Below are positions 16,910 to 26,362 of a stretch of DNA of 64,000 nucleotides, in pieces. The notes below the pieces were generated by a model. The model had not been told where the DNA came from. It did not search any database and saw nothing but the letters and a program-made list of their open reading frames with translations. The position numbers were made by a program, and so were the translations under genes. The stretch is from an uncultured delta proteobacterium (GTDB lineage Bacteria; Chloroflexota; Dehalococcoidia; Dehalococcoidales; BS750m-G39): contig CAVTZP010000007.1 of NCBI GenBank assembly GCA_963739245.1, positions 26,927-90,926 on the forward strand, in the 5' to 3' direction. Position 1 is the first letter of the stretch. Every line of letters begins with the position of its first letter.

Positions 16910-17547
16910 GGCTTATCTGTAAAGAAACCTGCCAGCTTATCTACCACATCCCTTTGCCCTATAGCTAGAGTCAGGTCGCTGCGCGTCCTCTCCAGTACCC
17001 CGCGAACCATGTCCGTAGTATGGCGCAGACCCCCGGTTATAGCATCGGGGAAGTCTATTGTGACCAGCACGTTGTAAATATCGTCCATGGCTGACAATAG
17101 TTCCTCTCCCCGAGACAGGTCACCCTGCCTCATACTATCCAACAGGTAGCGTCTGAACTCACCGACAGCCTCACCCATTCCGTTCAGGTAGGCAACGGCA
17201 TCAATACCCAGTTCTTCAGGGTCGGGGAGACGGTTGCCGGTTACCAGGGCAAGGGTAATACTGCCCTCGGCAAACTCCTTTTGTGCATCCCTGACAAAGC
17301 CGGCATAGCTAAGCTCGCCATAGCTAGAGATAGCCGGCTCAACCTCGGTTAACAGGTTGCGGGCTGATTTGAGCAACTGCGCTGCCTGGGCAAACTCCTG
17401 GCGGTGGACAGCACGGATGGCATTGCCACAGTGACGAATTGCCTCACGACACCGGGGAAGCACCCTTTCCCTAGCCGCATCCCTAGATGATAAAGTCTGG
17501 CGAATGCGGTCAGCAATTGAATCCAAATTGTCGGTCAATCCATTCAT
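16906..17547 (-). CDS. translin-family protein (COG2178-like)
   Basis: 213 aa, all-helical, with YLNGMGEAVGEFRRYLLD resembling the translin-family core. The call is made from memory of that family. Confidence 0.5.
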   Translation of the reverse strand: MNGLTDNLDSIADRIRQTLSSRDAARERVLPRCREAIRHCGNAIRAVHRQEFAQAAQLLKSARNLLTEVEPAISSYGELSYAGFVRDAQKEFAEGSITLALVTGNRLPDPEELGIDAVAYLNGMGEAVGEFRRYLLDSMRQGDLSRGEELLSAMDDIYNVLVTIDFPDAITGGLRHTTDMVRGVLERTRSDLTLAIGQRDVVDKLAGFFTDKP

Positions 17548-18185
17548 TTGTGCACCTCAAGTTTAGCTATAATCTGTCGAGTTGCTTCTTCCATATCCTC
17601 TGCATTGAGGATGGCACTAATCACTGCCACCGCGTCGGCACCAGCCGCCAGAACCTCAGCCGCATTATCCTTGCTGATGCCGCCGATAGCCACCAGGGGC
17701 AGGCTTACTGCCTGCTTAATCTGGCGCAGCCCTTCCAGACCCACCACCACTGCCCCCTCCTTAGACGATGTTGGGTAGATTGAGCCGACGGCAATATAAT
17801 CAGCACCATCGGACTGGGCAGTGACCGCCTGGTCTACGGTATTCACCGAACAGCCAATGAGCTTGTCAATGGGTAATAGCCTGCGCGTTACCGAGACCGG
17901 CAGGTCTTTTTGACCCAGGTGTAACCCATCAGCATCAGTAGCCAAGACCAAACCGATGTAGTCATTCACGATAAAAAGCACGCCGTGCTTGGAACATAGC
18001 TCCTTTAGCCCTTGAGTTATTGACAGACGCTCGCTTTTGTCTCGGAGCTTATCACGAAACTGGATTATCTTAGCCCCACCCTGAATTAGCTGGCTGGCGA
18101 CCTCAATGTGGCTACGGCCGCCTAGAGCCTCGCTATCTATTATGGCATAAAGCCCGGTTAGCCGCCTTGCTTTATCCTGACGCAA
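17544..18185 (-). CDS. thiE: thiamine-phosphate synthase
   Basis: 213 aa, TTG start, with TMP-TENI family motifs (LYAIID, IQFRDK, GADYIAVGSIYPT, AIGGI). Confidence 0.85.
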   Translation of the reverse strand: MRQDKARRLTGLYAIIDSEALGGRSHIEVASQLIQGGAKIIQFRDKLRDKSERLSITQGLKELCSKHGVLFIVNDYIGLVLATDADGLHLGQKDLPVSVTRRLLPIDKLIGCSVNTVDQAVTAQSDGADYIAVGSIYPTSSKEGAVVVGLEGLRQIKQAVSLPLVAIGGISKDNAAEVLAAGADAVAVISAILNAEDMEEATRQIIAKLEVHK

Positions 18186-18243
18186 TAACTTAGACAGCAG
18201 CTTCTGCTCTATAGTGTAGAGGGCAAAGCGGGCTTTTTTGAAC

Positions 18244-18612
18244 TTATCGCGGGTCTAACTTGGGGGGAGTGCCCGGGATTTTAGCCAGTTCCTCCAGAAT
18301 TCTTAGCGATTCCTGAACTCTTCTGGCATTAGCCACCACCATTATCGGCAGCTCTCTCTCCTTCACCTCCCCGGGGGCTTCAATCTCAACCCCAACGTCA
18401 CCCTCAGAGTTCCGGGACTGAACAAGCTGCTGGTTAAAGGACCAATCGCCCCTCAGTATCTCATGGCGTATAGTTTTTAGCTGCTGGGTCAGACCGCCGT
18501 CATTAAGCATCAGCCGGGCGATATCTTCAAGAAGGTGAAGCCCCTCGCCGGCGCGGTTTAGATTGGCATCAATGACGCGTAGCCTTTCTCTTGACATTGC
18601 CTCTGAAGCCAC
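18244..18612 (-). CDS. ThiE-associated N-terminal domain protein (fused to ThiE in long-form enzymes)
   Basis: 122 aa. LRVIDANLNRAGEGLHLLEDIARL matches the N-terminal extension seen in long ThiE proteins. It lies 58 nt upstream of thiE, in a different frame. Confidence 0.55.
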   Translation of the reverse strand: MASEAMSRERLRVIDANLNRAGEGLHLLEDIARLMLNDGGLTQQLKTIRHEILRGDWSFNQQLVQSRNSEGDVGVEIEAPGEVKERELPIMVVANARRVQESLRILEELAKIPGTPPKLDPR

Positions 18613-18642
18613 AGGCTAATTCTAGCATAGGCACGAGGAGAG

Positions 18643-19014
18643 TTAAAGAGAAGCTTCATCCACCGCATTCTCAATCAGCTCAATTCGTGACGGCTTCCCC
18701 TTCTGGTTTAGCTCCACAGCGACAACGTCAATGCGCCATAACTGGGGCAGGTTATCATGGGTTTGCTGGTAATGAGAGGCAACTGTTATCAACCGCTCCT
18801 TTTTAGTTGCTGTAATTGACTCTTCCGGACTGCCAAACTCTTGACTTCTTTTAGTCCGAACCTCAACAAAGACCAGATAATCCTTATGCCTGGCGATGAG
18901 GTCAATCTCACCCCGAGGGCAGCGGTAGTTAGCCTCAAGGATACGGTAGCCCCGCTTCCTGAGGAAATCTCTGGCCAGCTTTTCCCCCAGGATACCGGTG
19001 TCTCTACGCTTCAT
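18643..19014 (-). CDS. yraN: YraN-family endonuclease (UPF0102)
   Basis: 123 aa with GEIDLIA and LVFVEVRTKR, restriction-endonuclease-like motifs. The rnhB-yraN neighbourhood is typical, although here a PNPOx-like gene lies between them. Confidence 0.8.
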   Translation of the reverse strand: MKRRDTGILGEKLARDFLRKRGYRILEANYRCPRGEIDLIARHKDYLVFVEVRTKRSQEFGSPEESITATKKERLITVASHYQQTHDNLPQLWRIDVVAVELNQKGKPSRIELIENAVDEASL

Positions 19015-19021
19015 TTTACTA

Positions 19022-19104
19022 ACCTCACCCCCTGTATCCCCCTCTCCTTCAAAGGAGAGGGGGAATGGTTATATAAGAGAGGCTTCGCCTCTCTTTGACT
19101 CTTC
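19022..19104 (-). repeat. ~82-nt two-hairpin intergenic repeat, copy A
   Basis: Contains the CCCCCTCTCC-TTCAAA-GGAGAGGGGG and AGAGAGGC-TTC-GCCTCTCT hairpins. It aligns along its full length with the reverse complement of 45680..45762. Confidence 0.8.
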
Positions 19105-19159
19105 TTTTTTGTCCCTCTCCACAATGGGGCCAGGGGGATAGGTTTCTAAAAAATCCCTC

Positions 19160-19576
19160 CTATAACTGAATATAGGTCTTGGGTTCAAGATTGGTGGGAA
19201 AGGTCCAGACAGTCGCCCGCCCCTTCTTCAACCAGTAAATAGCTAATACCTCATACCCTTCTTTGTCCACCAGCGGCTTTAAAAAATGGCGCTGGGCTAA
19301 TATCTCTTTTTTCAACTCCATATCTTCGTCAAGTTCAACCGTGCCACTGACCCTTATCTGCATACTGCCCTTAGGATTGTTAAAACACAGCTCCACGTTT
19401 GGATTTGCCGACAACTGCTTATATAAATCCTTTACCCTGGATGTCTGGATTATAATCCCCTTCTCATCGGCTCTGTACATACCCATAGCGCGCACATGGG
19501 GCTTGTTTCCCTCCACTGTCGCCAGATGGCAGTCGTGGTTGTCGTTCAAAAACGCCAGTACCTCAGCTTTGTTCAT
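19160..19576 (-). CDS. pyridoxamine 5'-phosphate oxidase-family FMN-binding protein
   Basis: Preferred start is MNKAEVLAFL at 19576, with GGAG upstream. The longer track ORF overlaps the rnhB 3' end. The HLATVEGNKPHVRAM motif is typical of the PNPOx-like split-barrel fold. Confidence 0.65.
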   Translation of the reverse strand: MNKAEVLAFLNDNHDCHLATVEGNKPHVRAMGMYRADEKGIIIQTSRVKDLYKQLSANPNVELCFNNPKGSMQIRVSGTVELDEDMELKKEILAQRHFLKPLVDKEGYEVLAIYWLKKGRATVWTFPTNLEPKTYIQL

Positions 19577-19592
19577 ACAAATCTCCTTTTTC

Positions 19593-20222
19593 TTAAAATA
19601 AATGCTCTTGCAGCATAATCTCCCTGACCGGCTTAAATGATTGGCGATGTATCGGGCAGGGCCCAAGCCTAGTTAAACACTCAAGGTGCTCCCTGGTGCC
19701 ATAGCCCTTATGTTGAGCCAGCCCATAGCCGGGGTAGATTCTATCAAACTCCACCATAAGCCGGTCTCGCGCTACCTTGGCGATGATGGAGGCGCAGGCT
19801 ATAGAGAAGCATAGACTATCGCCATTAGTTATCCCCTTTTGCGGCAGCCTGACCTCGGGAAGGCGCATATAGTCTATAAGTAAAGACTCGGCTGGTGGTG
19901 AAAGCCGCTCTACGGCTAGCTTCATCGCCAGGCGTGTTGCTTTAACTATACCATGAGCATCTATCAGATGATGGGGGATTAAGCCAATACCTATGGAAAT
20001 GGCTACCTCGTGGATGCGGTGAAATAAAAGCTCACGCTTGGCTGGGGTTAATTGCTTGCTATCCCTCACCTCACTAAGCCACGGGGCGTCTATGTGGCGG
20101 GGTAAAATGACGGCGGCAGCTACCACCGGGCCAGCCAGAGCACCCCGCCCCACCTCATCAATGCCGGCGATGCGCTGGTAGCCCTGTGCCGCAAGTATTT
20201 CTTCTTCAGCAAAGGACGGCAT
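19593..20222 (-). CDS. rnhB: ribonuclease HII
   Basis: 209 aa with GIDEVGRGALAGPV and the DSK motif. Confidence 0.9.
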   Translation of the reverse strand: MPSFAEEEILAAQGYQRIAGIDEVGRGALAGPVVAAAVILPRHIDAPWLSEVRDSKQLTPAKRELLFHRIHEVAISIGIGLIPHHLIDAHGIVKATRLAMKLAVERLSPPAESLLIDYMRLPEVRLPQKGITNGDSLCFSIACASIIAKVARDRLMVEFDRIYPGYGLAQHKGYGTREHLECLTRLGPCPIHRQSFKPVREIMLQEHLF

Positions 20223-21249
20223 CTATTATTCCCCCACCCAGGACAACATCGCCCTGGTAAAATACCACCGATTGCCCGGGGGTAATCGCCGACTGGGGCT
20301 TAACAAACCGAACCTCAGCCACACTATCACTGGGATGAAGTTCGGCGGCTACCTCAGGTGCCTTATAGCGGATCTTAGCCGTTATCGTCATGAATTCTTC
20401 AGGGGCCTTTCCCCGTACCCAGCTTAGCTCGGTGGCAACAAGCATACTATGTAAAAGCTGGTCTTTGGTGCCCACCACTAATCTGTTATTGGCGGCATCC
20501 AGCTTGAGCACATATAGCTGCTTGCTTGAGGTAAGCCCCAATCCATGCCTCTGCCCCACAGTATATCGTGCCAAGCCACCATGTCTGCCCAAGACCTTAT
20601 CCGTTATGTCAACTATTTCCCCGCCTTTAAGTGGAATACGCCCGGTTATAAATGACCGATAGTCATTATCGGGGATAAAACAGACATCCTGGCTATCGCG
20701 CCGGCTACTGGCAGGCAAGCCAAGCTCAGCAGCCAACCTTCTTACTTCTGTCTTACGCAGATTCCCAATGGGTAGCAACAGATGTTTAAGTTCCTTTTGC
20801 CCCAAAATGTAGAGGAAGTATGACTGGTCCTGACTCCGATCGGCTGCCTTGAGCAAGCGGTAGCCATCTGACGAGCGCCCTACTCTAGCATAGTGACCGG
20901 TAGCCATATATTCTGCCCCCATCTCCAGTGCCCTATCAAGGAGAAGACCAAATTTTATCTGCTGGTTGCAGACGATACACGGGTTTGGTGTCCGCCCCAG
21001 ACCATACTCCCGGCAGAAATAGTCAATTACCAAGCGATGAAACTCTGCCTCAAGGTCAAGCTGATAAAAAGTTATATCTAAGAGTTGGCAGGTATGCTCT
21101 AGCTCTGATATGGTGTGGGCTAGGTCAGGGTCTGACCATAGCTTCAGATAAATGCCAAAGACATTATAGCCTGCCTGTTTAAGCCGGGCGGCGGCCAGTG
21201 ATGAATCCACCCCACCACTCATGGCTACAGCTACTCGCTCTTTAGACAA
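20206..21249 (-). CDS. mnmA: tRNA 2-thiouridine(34) synthase
   Basis: 347 aa with the PP-loop VAMSGGVDSS and conserved Cys residues (NPCIVCN). Confidence 0.9.
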   Translation of the reverse strand: MSKERVAVAMSGGVDSSLAAARLKQAGYNVFGIYLKLWSDPDLAHTISELEHTCQLLDITFYQLDLEAEFHRLVIDYFCREYGLGRTPNPCIVCNQQIKFGLLLDRALEMGAEYMATGHYARVGRSSDGYRLLKAADRSQDQSYFLYILGQKELKHLLLPIGNLRKTEVRRLAAELGLPASSRRDSQDVCFIPDNDYRSFITGRIPLKGGEIVDITDKVLGRHGGLARYTVGQRHGLGLTSSKQLYVLKLDAANNRLVVGTKDQLLHSMLVATELSWVRGKAPEEFMTITAKIRYKAPEVAAELHPSDSVAEVRFVKPQSAITPGQSVVFYQGDVVLGGGIIDAVLC

Positions 21250-21250
21250 T

Positions 21251-21871
21251 CTAGCTCCCAGTTGAAAGCAGTTGGCTTACTCTTTGCCAGATAATCCTAG
21301 TAATTTGCCCTTTAGGCTGGCTGGCATCCACCACCAGCCATCGCTGTGGCTCAGTGGCGGCGAGCTTGAGGTAGCCCTCTCGCACCCGGTGGTGAAAGGC
21401 TAACTCTTCCTGCTCAAAGCGGTCTTGCCTTTTTCTTTTGCGGGCAAGCCCATCTTCGGCTGATATATCCAGCAGGATGGTAAGGTCAGGCCTCAGTCCC
21501 TGAGTGGCAGCATTATTAGTCGCCTTGACCATTTCCAAGTCCAGTCCCCGCCCATAGCCCTGATAGACAGTAGTAGAGTCGGCATAGCGGTCGCAGATAA
21601 CAATCTTCCCGCTTTTTAGATTAGGTTTGATTACCTCGCTTACTAACTGGGCACGGGAGGCATTAAACAGCAAAAGTTCAACGAGTGGCGATATATCTAT
21701 ATCCTGAGCCCACTTCAGCCAGCGACCGAGCTTGTTACCAAGGGGGGTGCCACCGGGCTCATGGGTCAAGACAACAGGGACAGCTAACTTTAGCAGCCTT
21801 CTATATAGCTCTTTCGCCTGGACACTCTTGCCACTCCCCTCCCCTCCCTCAAAGGTTATAAATAGGGACAT
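21251..21871 (-). CDS. tmk: dTMP kinase
   Basis: 206 aa with FITFEGGEGSGKS and DRY motifs. Confidence 0.9.
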   Translation of the reverse strand: MSLFITFEGGEGSGKSVQAKELYRRLLKLAVPVVLTHEPGGTPLGNKLGRWLKWAQDIDISPLVELLLFNASRAQLVSEVIKPNLKSGKIVICDRYADSTTVYQGYGRGLDLEMVKATNNAATQGLRPDLTILLDISAEDGLARKRKRQDRFEQEELAFHHRVREGYLKLAATEPQRWLVVDASQPKGQITRIIWQRVSQLLSTGS

Positions 21872-21885
21872 TTATTAACCCCCTA

Positions 21886-23448
21886 CTACTTATAAATTGT
21901 CACCCGCCGATGGGGTTCTTTGCCCAGGCTTCTTGACAAGAGGTCGTTTCGCTCGGCAACGAGGTGCTGTAACCGCCGGATATAGGCGCTCTGGGGGCTA
22001 AGCTCCACCACCCCCCTCCCAATCTTTACCTGCTCAACTGCCTCCTCTGCCTCGCCAAGGGCAAGCTTCAGACGGCTGGTTCTGCCGGTGCCGAGGCTAG
22101 GGTAGATAGTATCTAATAACTGCCTGACTTGAGCCGGGGTATTGCTCTTGAGGACGTAGATGGGCAGGCTGGCCGCTTCAGCATCCTTGACCCTCTGCGG
22201 CTTCCGCCGATAGTAGCTTTTAGAGGTTACAAGCAGACTGGCATCTTTTAGGTTGCCGACTATATCCAGGCTCAGTCTTAGCTCTTTCGCCGCCTGCTCT
22301 ATTCTCCCCCGATTTACGCCAAAGAGGTAAAGCCGGGGCGGTTCACCCTCCCTAACCTGCCTTCTTTGGGTAGCTTTCTGCATCATGACCGCCGGAGCTT
22401 GCTTTTCTCTCCTGACCTCCCCCGACTTATCCAGCCAGCGAACCTCAATAGCGACCGGCTGACCACGCAGGATGGCATCAACCGCCTCACTGACGTCAGG
22501 ATGAATGGCTACCCTGTCCCGGTCCTGAATCTCAACGACAATAGCAAAGGTTGGCGGTGACTTCCGCTCCAGTATAGACTTCTGCGTGCCTCTTCGTTTT
22601 GCCTCTTCATCACCAAGGGTTACCGACTGGATACCCCCGATGAGGTCAGACAGGGTAGGGTTCATCATCAGGTTTTCCAGGGTGTTGCCGTGGGCGGTGC
22701 CGACAAGCTGAACCCCACGCTCAGCGATAGTCCTCGCCGCCTGAGCCTCAAGCTCGGTGCCAATCTCATCAATGATGATTACCTCAGGCATATGGTTTTC
22801 TACTGCTTCAATCATCACCGCATGCTGCATAGTTGGGGTTTTTACCTGCATCCGCCGGGCGTGCCCAATAGCGGGGTGGGGAATATCACCATCACCGGCA
22901 ATCTCATTTGAGGTATCAACGATGACCACCCGCTTCCTGAGGTTATCCGCCAGCACCCGGGCGACCTCACGGAGCATGGTCGTTTTGCCCACCCCGGGAC
23001 GACCTAAAAGCAGGACGCTTTTGCCAGTCTGGATGAGGTCATCGATAACCTTTATCGTGCCGAAGACGGCTCGGCCCACGCGGCAGGTAAGTCCGACAAT
23101 ACGCCCCTTGCGATTACGAATGGCGGAGATGCGGTGCAGGGTACGCTCAATCCCGGCACGGTTGTCATCGCCAAAATTGCTGACACGAGAAACGACATAG
23201 TCTATGTCCGGCTGGTCAACCTCCCTGGAGTCGAGAACTGCTTCCCGCTGAAAAAAACGGGCTTCCGGGGGGCGACTCAGGTCAAGGACTACCTCCAGTA
23301 ACTGGCTAATATCCTCCTGCTGAATTAATGGCTGGCGAATATGGGGCGGTAAAACGTTAAGCAGGGCATCTAAATCGTCGGTGATTACCTTCTGCAATAA
23401 CCCCCTCCTAAACGATATCCAGGAAATAGCGGTGGAACCTAGTGTCAC
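21886..23448 (-). CDS. R3H-domain AAA ATPase (SpoIIIAA/Ycf45-like)
   Basis: 520 aa with Walker A GRPGVGKTT, Walker B IIIDEIG and a C-terminal R3H-like segment. The annotated start overlaps pdxT by 41 nt, so the true start may be internal. Confidence 0.65.
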   Translation of the reverse strand: MTLGSTAISWISFRRGLLQKVITDDLDALLNVLPPHIRQPLIQQEDISQLLEVVLDLSRPPEARFFQREAVLDSREVDQPDIDYVVSRVSNFGDDNRAGIERTLHRISAIRNRKGRIVGLTCRVGRAVFGTIKVIDDLIQTGKSVLLLGRPGVGKTTMLREVARVLADNLRKRVVIVDTSNEIAGDGDIPHPAIGHARRMQVKTPTMQHAVMIEAVENHMPEVIIIDEIGTELEAQAARTIAERGVQLVGTAHGNTLENLMMNPTLSDLIGGIQSVTLGDEEAKRRGTQKSILERKSPPTFAIVVEIQDRDRVAIHPDVSEAVDAILRGQPVAIEVRWLDKSGEVRREKQAPAVMMQKATQRRQVREGEPPRLYLFGVNRGRIEQAAKELRLSLDIVGNLKDASLLVTSKSYYRRKPQRVKDAEAASLPIYVLKSNTPAQVRQLLDTIYPSLGTGRTSRLKLALGEAEEAVEQVKIGRGVVELSPQSAYIRRLQHLVAERNDLLSRSLGKEPHRRVTIYK

Positions 23449-23974
23449 TGGTCAGTTCAGGGTGAAAGGCGGAGACCAGAATCTTTCCCTGCCGGGCGGC
23501 AACGCTGGTGCCATTATCCAGCCTGGCCAGTATTTCCACGCCGTCATTTGCCTGCTCAATCACTGGCGCCCTAATAAAGACAGCGGGGAAGGGCTTTTCC
23601 CCCAGCACCGGAATAGAAAGTTCAGCCTCAAAGCTCTCCCGCTGCCGGCCAAAGGCATTACGCTTGACCGTTATATCGATAAGCCCCAGTGGTTTTATCT
23701 CCGAGTCTGAAGCTCCGCTGGCGAGAAGAATCATACCGGCGCAGGTGCCAAATATGGGCAAGCCGTTTTTACCCTGAGCTTTTATTTCGCTCATCAGGTT
23801 GTAGTCCCGCATCAGCTTGCCAATTGAGGTGCTTTCCCCACCAGGAATAATTAGCCCATCCAAGCCAGTAAGCTCAGTGGGCAAGCGGATGGGCAAGGCT
23901 TCTACCTTGAGATTGCGCAATATAGCGATATGTTCGGCAAAGGCTCCTTGCACGGCAAGGACGCCAATTCTCAT
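23408..23974 (-). CDS. pdxT: pyridoxal 5'-phosphate synthase glutaminase subunit
   Basis: 188 aa with GVLAVQGAF, GGESTS and FGTCAG (catalytic Cys). Confidence 0.9.
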   Translation of the reverse strand: MRIGVLAVQGAFAEHIAILRNLKVEALPIRLPTELTGLDGLIIPGGESTSIGKLMRDYNLMSEIKAQGKNGLPIFGTCAGMILLASGASDSEIKPLGLIDITVKRNAFGRQRESFEAELSIPVLGEKPFPAVFIRAPVIEQANDGVEILARLDNGTSVAARQGKILVSAFHPELTSDTRFHRYFLDIV

Positions 23975-23975
23975 A

Positions 23976-24884
23976 TTACCATCCTCTGCGTGCCAGCAGT
24001 TCTTCAGCGGGGATTTGCTTTATATCCAGCCCGGGCATGGCTTCTCCCAAGCTCTTGGAAACCTCAGCGATGATTTTAGGGTCTTGAAAGTGGGTAGTTG
24101 CCTTGACGATAGCCTTGGCTCTAACCTCAGGGTCTGAAGACTTGAATATGCCTGAGCCAACAAAGACACCCTCAGCACCTAGCTGCATCATCAGTGCGGC
24201 ATCGGCCGGGGTAGCCACCCCACCAGCAGCAAAATTAACCACCGGTAGCTTCCCGGCTTTATGCACCTCCGCCACCAGCTCAAAGGGTGCCCCCATTTCC
24301 TTAGCTATGGCCATCAGCTCATCCTCAGGGGTATTTACCAGCTTACGAATGGCGTCCATCACTGCCCGCATATGTCTGACCGCCTCGACAATATTGCCGG
24401 TGCCAGCCTCGCCCTTGGTTCTAATCATGGCTGCCCCCTCCCCGATACGCCGCAAGGCTTCACCCAGGTCCCGACAGCCACAGACAAAGGGAACTTTAAA
24501 GTCATGCTTCCAGATGTGGTGGGCTTCATCAGCCGGGGTAAGCACCTCAGACTCGTCGATAAAGTCCACACCAAGAGCCTCAAGCACCTGTGCCTCAACG
24601 AAGTGCCCGATGCGGCATTTAGCCATTACCGGGATAGAAACCGCTTTCATGATAGCTTCAATAATCGTCGGGTCAGCCATACGGGCTACCCCACCAGCCG
24701 CCCTAATATCCGCCGGGACTCTTTCCAGAGCCATCACGGCACAAGCACCTGCTTCTTCAGCAATCCTGGCATGCTCCGGGGTAACCACATCCATAATCAC
24801 CCCACCCTTCAGCATCTGAGCCAGGCCGGTTTTAACCTTCCAGGTGCCAGTTTCCATATTCTTCTTACCTTGCCTCAAACTCAT
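23976..24884 (-). CDS. pdxS: pyridoxal 5'-phosphate synthase lyase subunit
   Basis: 302 aa with [14 protein letters not shown] and DESEVLT motifs. The start may instead be the internal METGTW. Confidence 0.9.
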   Translation of the reverse strand: MSLRQGKKNMETGTWKVKTGLAQMLKGGVIMDVVTPEHARIAEEAGACAVMALERVPADIRAAGGVARMADPTIIEAIMKAVSIPVMAKCRIGHFVEAQVLEALGVDFIDESEVLTPADEAHHIWKHDFKVPFVCGCRDLGEALRRIGEGAAMIRTKGEAGTGNIVEAVRHMRAVMDAIRKLVNTPEDELMAIAKEMGAPFELVAEVHKAGKLPVVNFAAGGVATPADAALMMQLGAEGVFVGSGIFKSSDPEVRAKAIVKATTHFQDPKIIAEVSKSLGEAMPGLDIKQIPAEELLARRGW

Positions 24885-24886
24885 AT

Positions 24887-25309
24887 TTATTCCTTCGCCT
24901 CAAGTTCTTCCTCTGCCGAGGGCCGATAGATTGGCTCCCACCTTACCTTACCAGCCTCGATTAACTCTTTGACCTTCCTCTCCCGAGAGGGAAGTCTGCT
25001 AGACTTACCAGTTTTAACCTCAATAAATACTACTTCGGTCGGTTCCCCTGTTGCCAACCCCGGGAAGACTACTAGGTCAATCGGGCTCCCGATGAAACGT
25101 GCGTCAGTAGGGTCATATTTGAATTCAGGTAGATACGGAGCCATCTGTTCTGTAAATTTACCACCCAAGACTGCCCTGCTTTTTTCAATTGCTTCCCTTC
25201 GAGCTTCTTTCAGCCTCTGCTCAAATTCTTGTCCTACTTTGGACAAACGGGATATAAGCACAATTACAATAACGAAAAGGATTACGCTAACAATAATCCA
25301 CACTATCAC
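24887..25309 (-). CDS. membrane-anchored endonuclease related to archaeal Holliday-junction resolvase (COG4741-like)
   Basis: 140 aa with an N-terminal TM helix and a coiled linker. IDLVVF...FIEVKTGKS is a PD-(D/E)xK-like core. Confidence 0.5.
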   Translation of the reverse strand: MIVWIIVSVILFVIVIVLISRLSKVGQEFEQRLKEARREAIEKSRAVLGGKFTEQMAPYLPEFKYDPTDARFIGSPIDLVVFPGLATGEPTEVVFIEVKTGKSSRLPSRERKVKELIEAGKVRWEPIYRPSAEEELEAKE

Positions 25310-25379
25310 CTAACTCCCCCTGCCTCAAGCCATAACCTCTTATAAGTGTATTTTACTACTGTCTGGCTTGGTTGGCAAT

Positions 25380-26093
25380 CTAGAGCGGTCTCTTTGCCGG
25401 TATACCGGGGCGGCGGGGGTACTTTGGGGGTGTCGGTGATACCTTATCAATCACCACCAAGTAGCGCTCATCGGCAAACTCCTCAAGGTCAACCGGCCGC
25501 ACCTCCCGTAATCTTCCCCCCAGCACACTAATGGCATAAGCCGCTTGGCTTAATTCTGATTTTATATCTCCCTTTTTCTGAGCAATAAAGCTGCCGCCAA
25601 CGGCACAAAAGGGCAAGGCTAGTTCAACGAGGACAGGTAGTGAGGCAACCGCCCGGGAAAGCACCAGATTAAAGCTCTCGCGATATTGAGCCCGGTGAGC
25701 TATCTCTTCCGCCCGCCCAACCACAATTTCAACGTCTTCCAGTCCAAGTTTCTGGTTTATATGTTGTAAGAAGGCAGCTTTTTTAGCTACTGCCTCAAGC
25801 AAAACCAGCCTTATATCAGGGAAGGCAATCTTAAGCGGGATGCCGGGTATGCCAGCGCCAGTGCCGACATCAATAAGGTGAAAGCCCATATTAATCGCCG
25901 GCTGCCAGGCTAAGGTCACCGTCAGGGAATCAAGGAAGTGCTTTATTTGCACCTCCTCGTAGTCGGTTATAGCAGTAAGGTTTACCCGCTTATTCCAGTC
26001 CACCAGCTCCTGATAGTAGATTTCATATTGGCTAAGCTGCTCTGGCGTAAGCTCCAGTCCTAACTTTTTGACTCCGGCTATTAGCTTTTCCAT
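25380..26093 (-). CDS. rsmG: 16S rRNA (guanine527-N7)-methyltransferase
   Basis: 237 aa with the SAM motif DVGTGAGIPGIPL and the GidB-type N-terminus (WNKRVNLT). Confidence 0.85.
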   Translation of the reverse strand: MEKLIAGVKKLGLELTPEQLSQYEIYYQELVDWNKRVNLTAITDYEEVQIKHFLDSLTVTLAWQPAINMGFHLIDVGTGAGIPGIPLKIAFPDIRLVLLEAVAKKAAFLQHINQKLGLEDVEIVVGRAEEIAHRAQYRESFNLVLSRAVASLPVLVELALPFCAVGGSFIAQKKGDIKSELSQAAYAISVLGGRLREVRPVDLEEFADERYLVVIDKVSPTPPKYPRRPGIPAKRPL

Positions 26094-26153
26094 ATATTAG
26101 AATTATATCATTTATTAGCCAACCTCATCCCCCTTATTTTTGGAGAGGCAAAT

Positions 26154-26182
26154 TTGCTTTTAAGGTTAAGCTTATGTTATAT
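26154..26182 (+). promoter_or_regulatory. candidate sigma-70 promoter for the thiC leader
   Basis: TTGCTT, 17 nt, TTATAT. It sits about 25 nt upstream of the riboswitch aptamer. Confidence 0.35.
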
Positions 26183-26205
26183 TTTATATGTAGAACTTAA
26201 TAGGT

Positions 26206-26298
26206 TTTACCGCTAGGGGTGCTCAAAGGCTGAGAGGCATTTTGACGCCAACCCTTGGAACCTGAACTCGGTAATACGAGCGGAGGGAAGCGGCAGTG
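26206..26298 (+). promoter_or_regulatory. TPP (THI-box) riboswitch aptamer
   Basis: Conserved TPP-riboswitch blocks appear in order: GGGGTGC, CTGAGA, ACCCTTGGAACCTGAACTCGGTAATAC and GCGGAGGGAAG. It lies directly upstream of thiC. Confidence 0.9.
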
Positions 26299-26304
26299 AT
26301 TGAG

Positions 26305-26349
26305 ACCAAGGGTTTAGAGTGAGTGCCAAAGCCCTTGGTTTTATTTTTT
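26305..26349 (+). terminator. intrinsic terminator (riboswitch expression platform)
   Basis: ACCAAGGGTTT pairs with AAAGCCCTTGGT and is followed by TTTTATTTTTT. It ends 13 nt before the thiC ATG. Confidence 0.75.
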
Positions 26350-26362
26350 GGTGGAGGCAGAA

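Noticed and set aside
19081-19099. The GC-rich hairpin keeps the loop CTTCG on the + strand in all three copies (3925, 19075, 45690) regardless of element orientation, which might hint at strand-specific selection.
   Set aside because: With three copies and a palindromic stem, the chance of agreement is about 1 in 4, so there is no statistical weight. It is only noted under the repeat finding.
26348-26362. The track's TTG start for thiC at 26348.
   Set aside because: It falls inside the U-tract of the riboswitch terminator. The ATG at 26363, preceded by GGAGG, is the plausible start.
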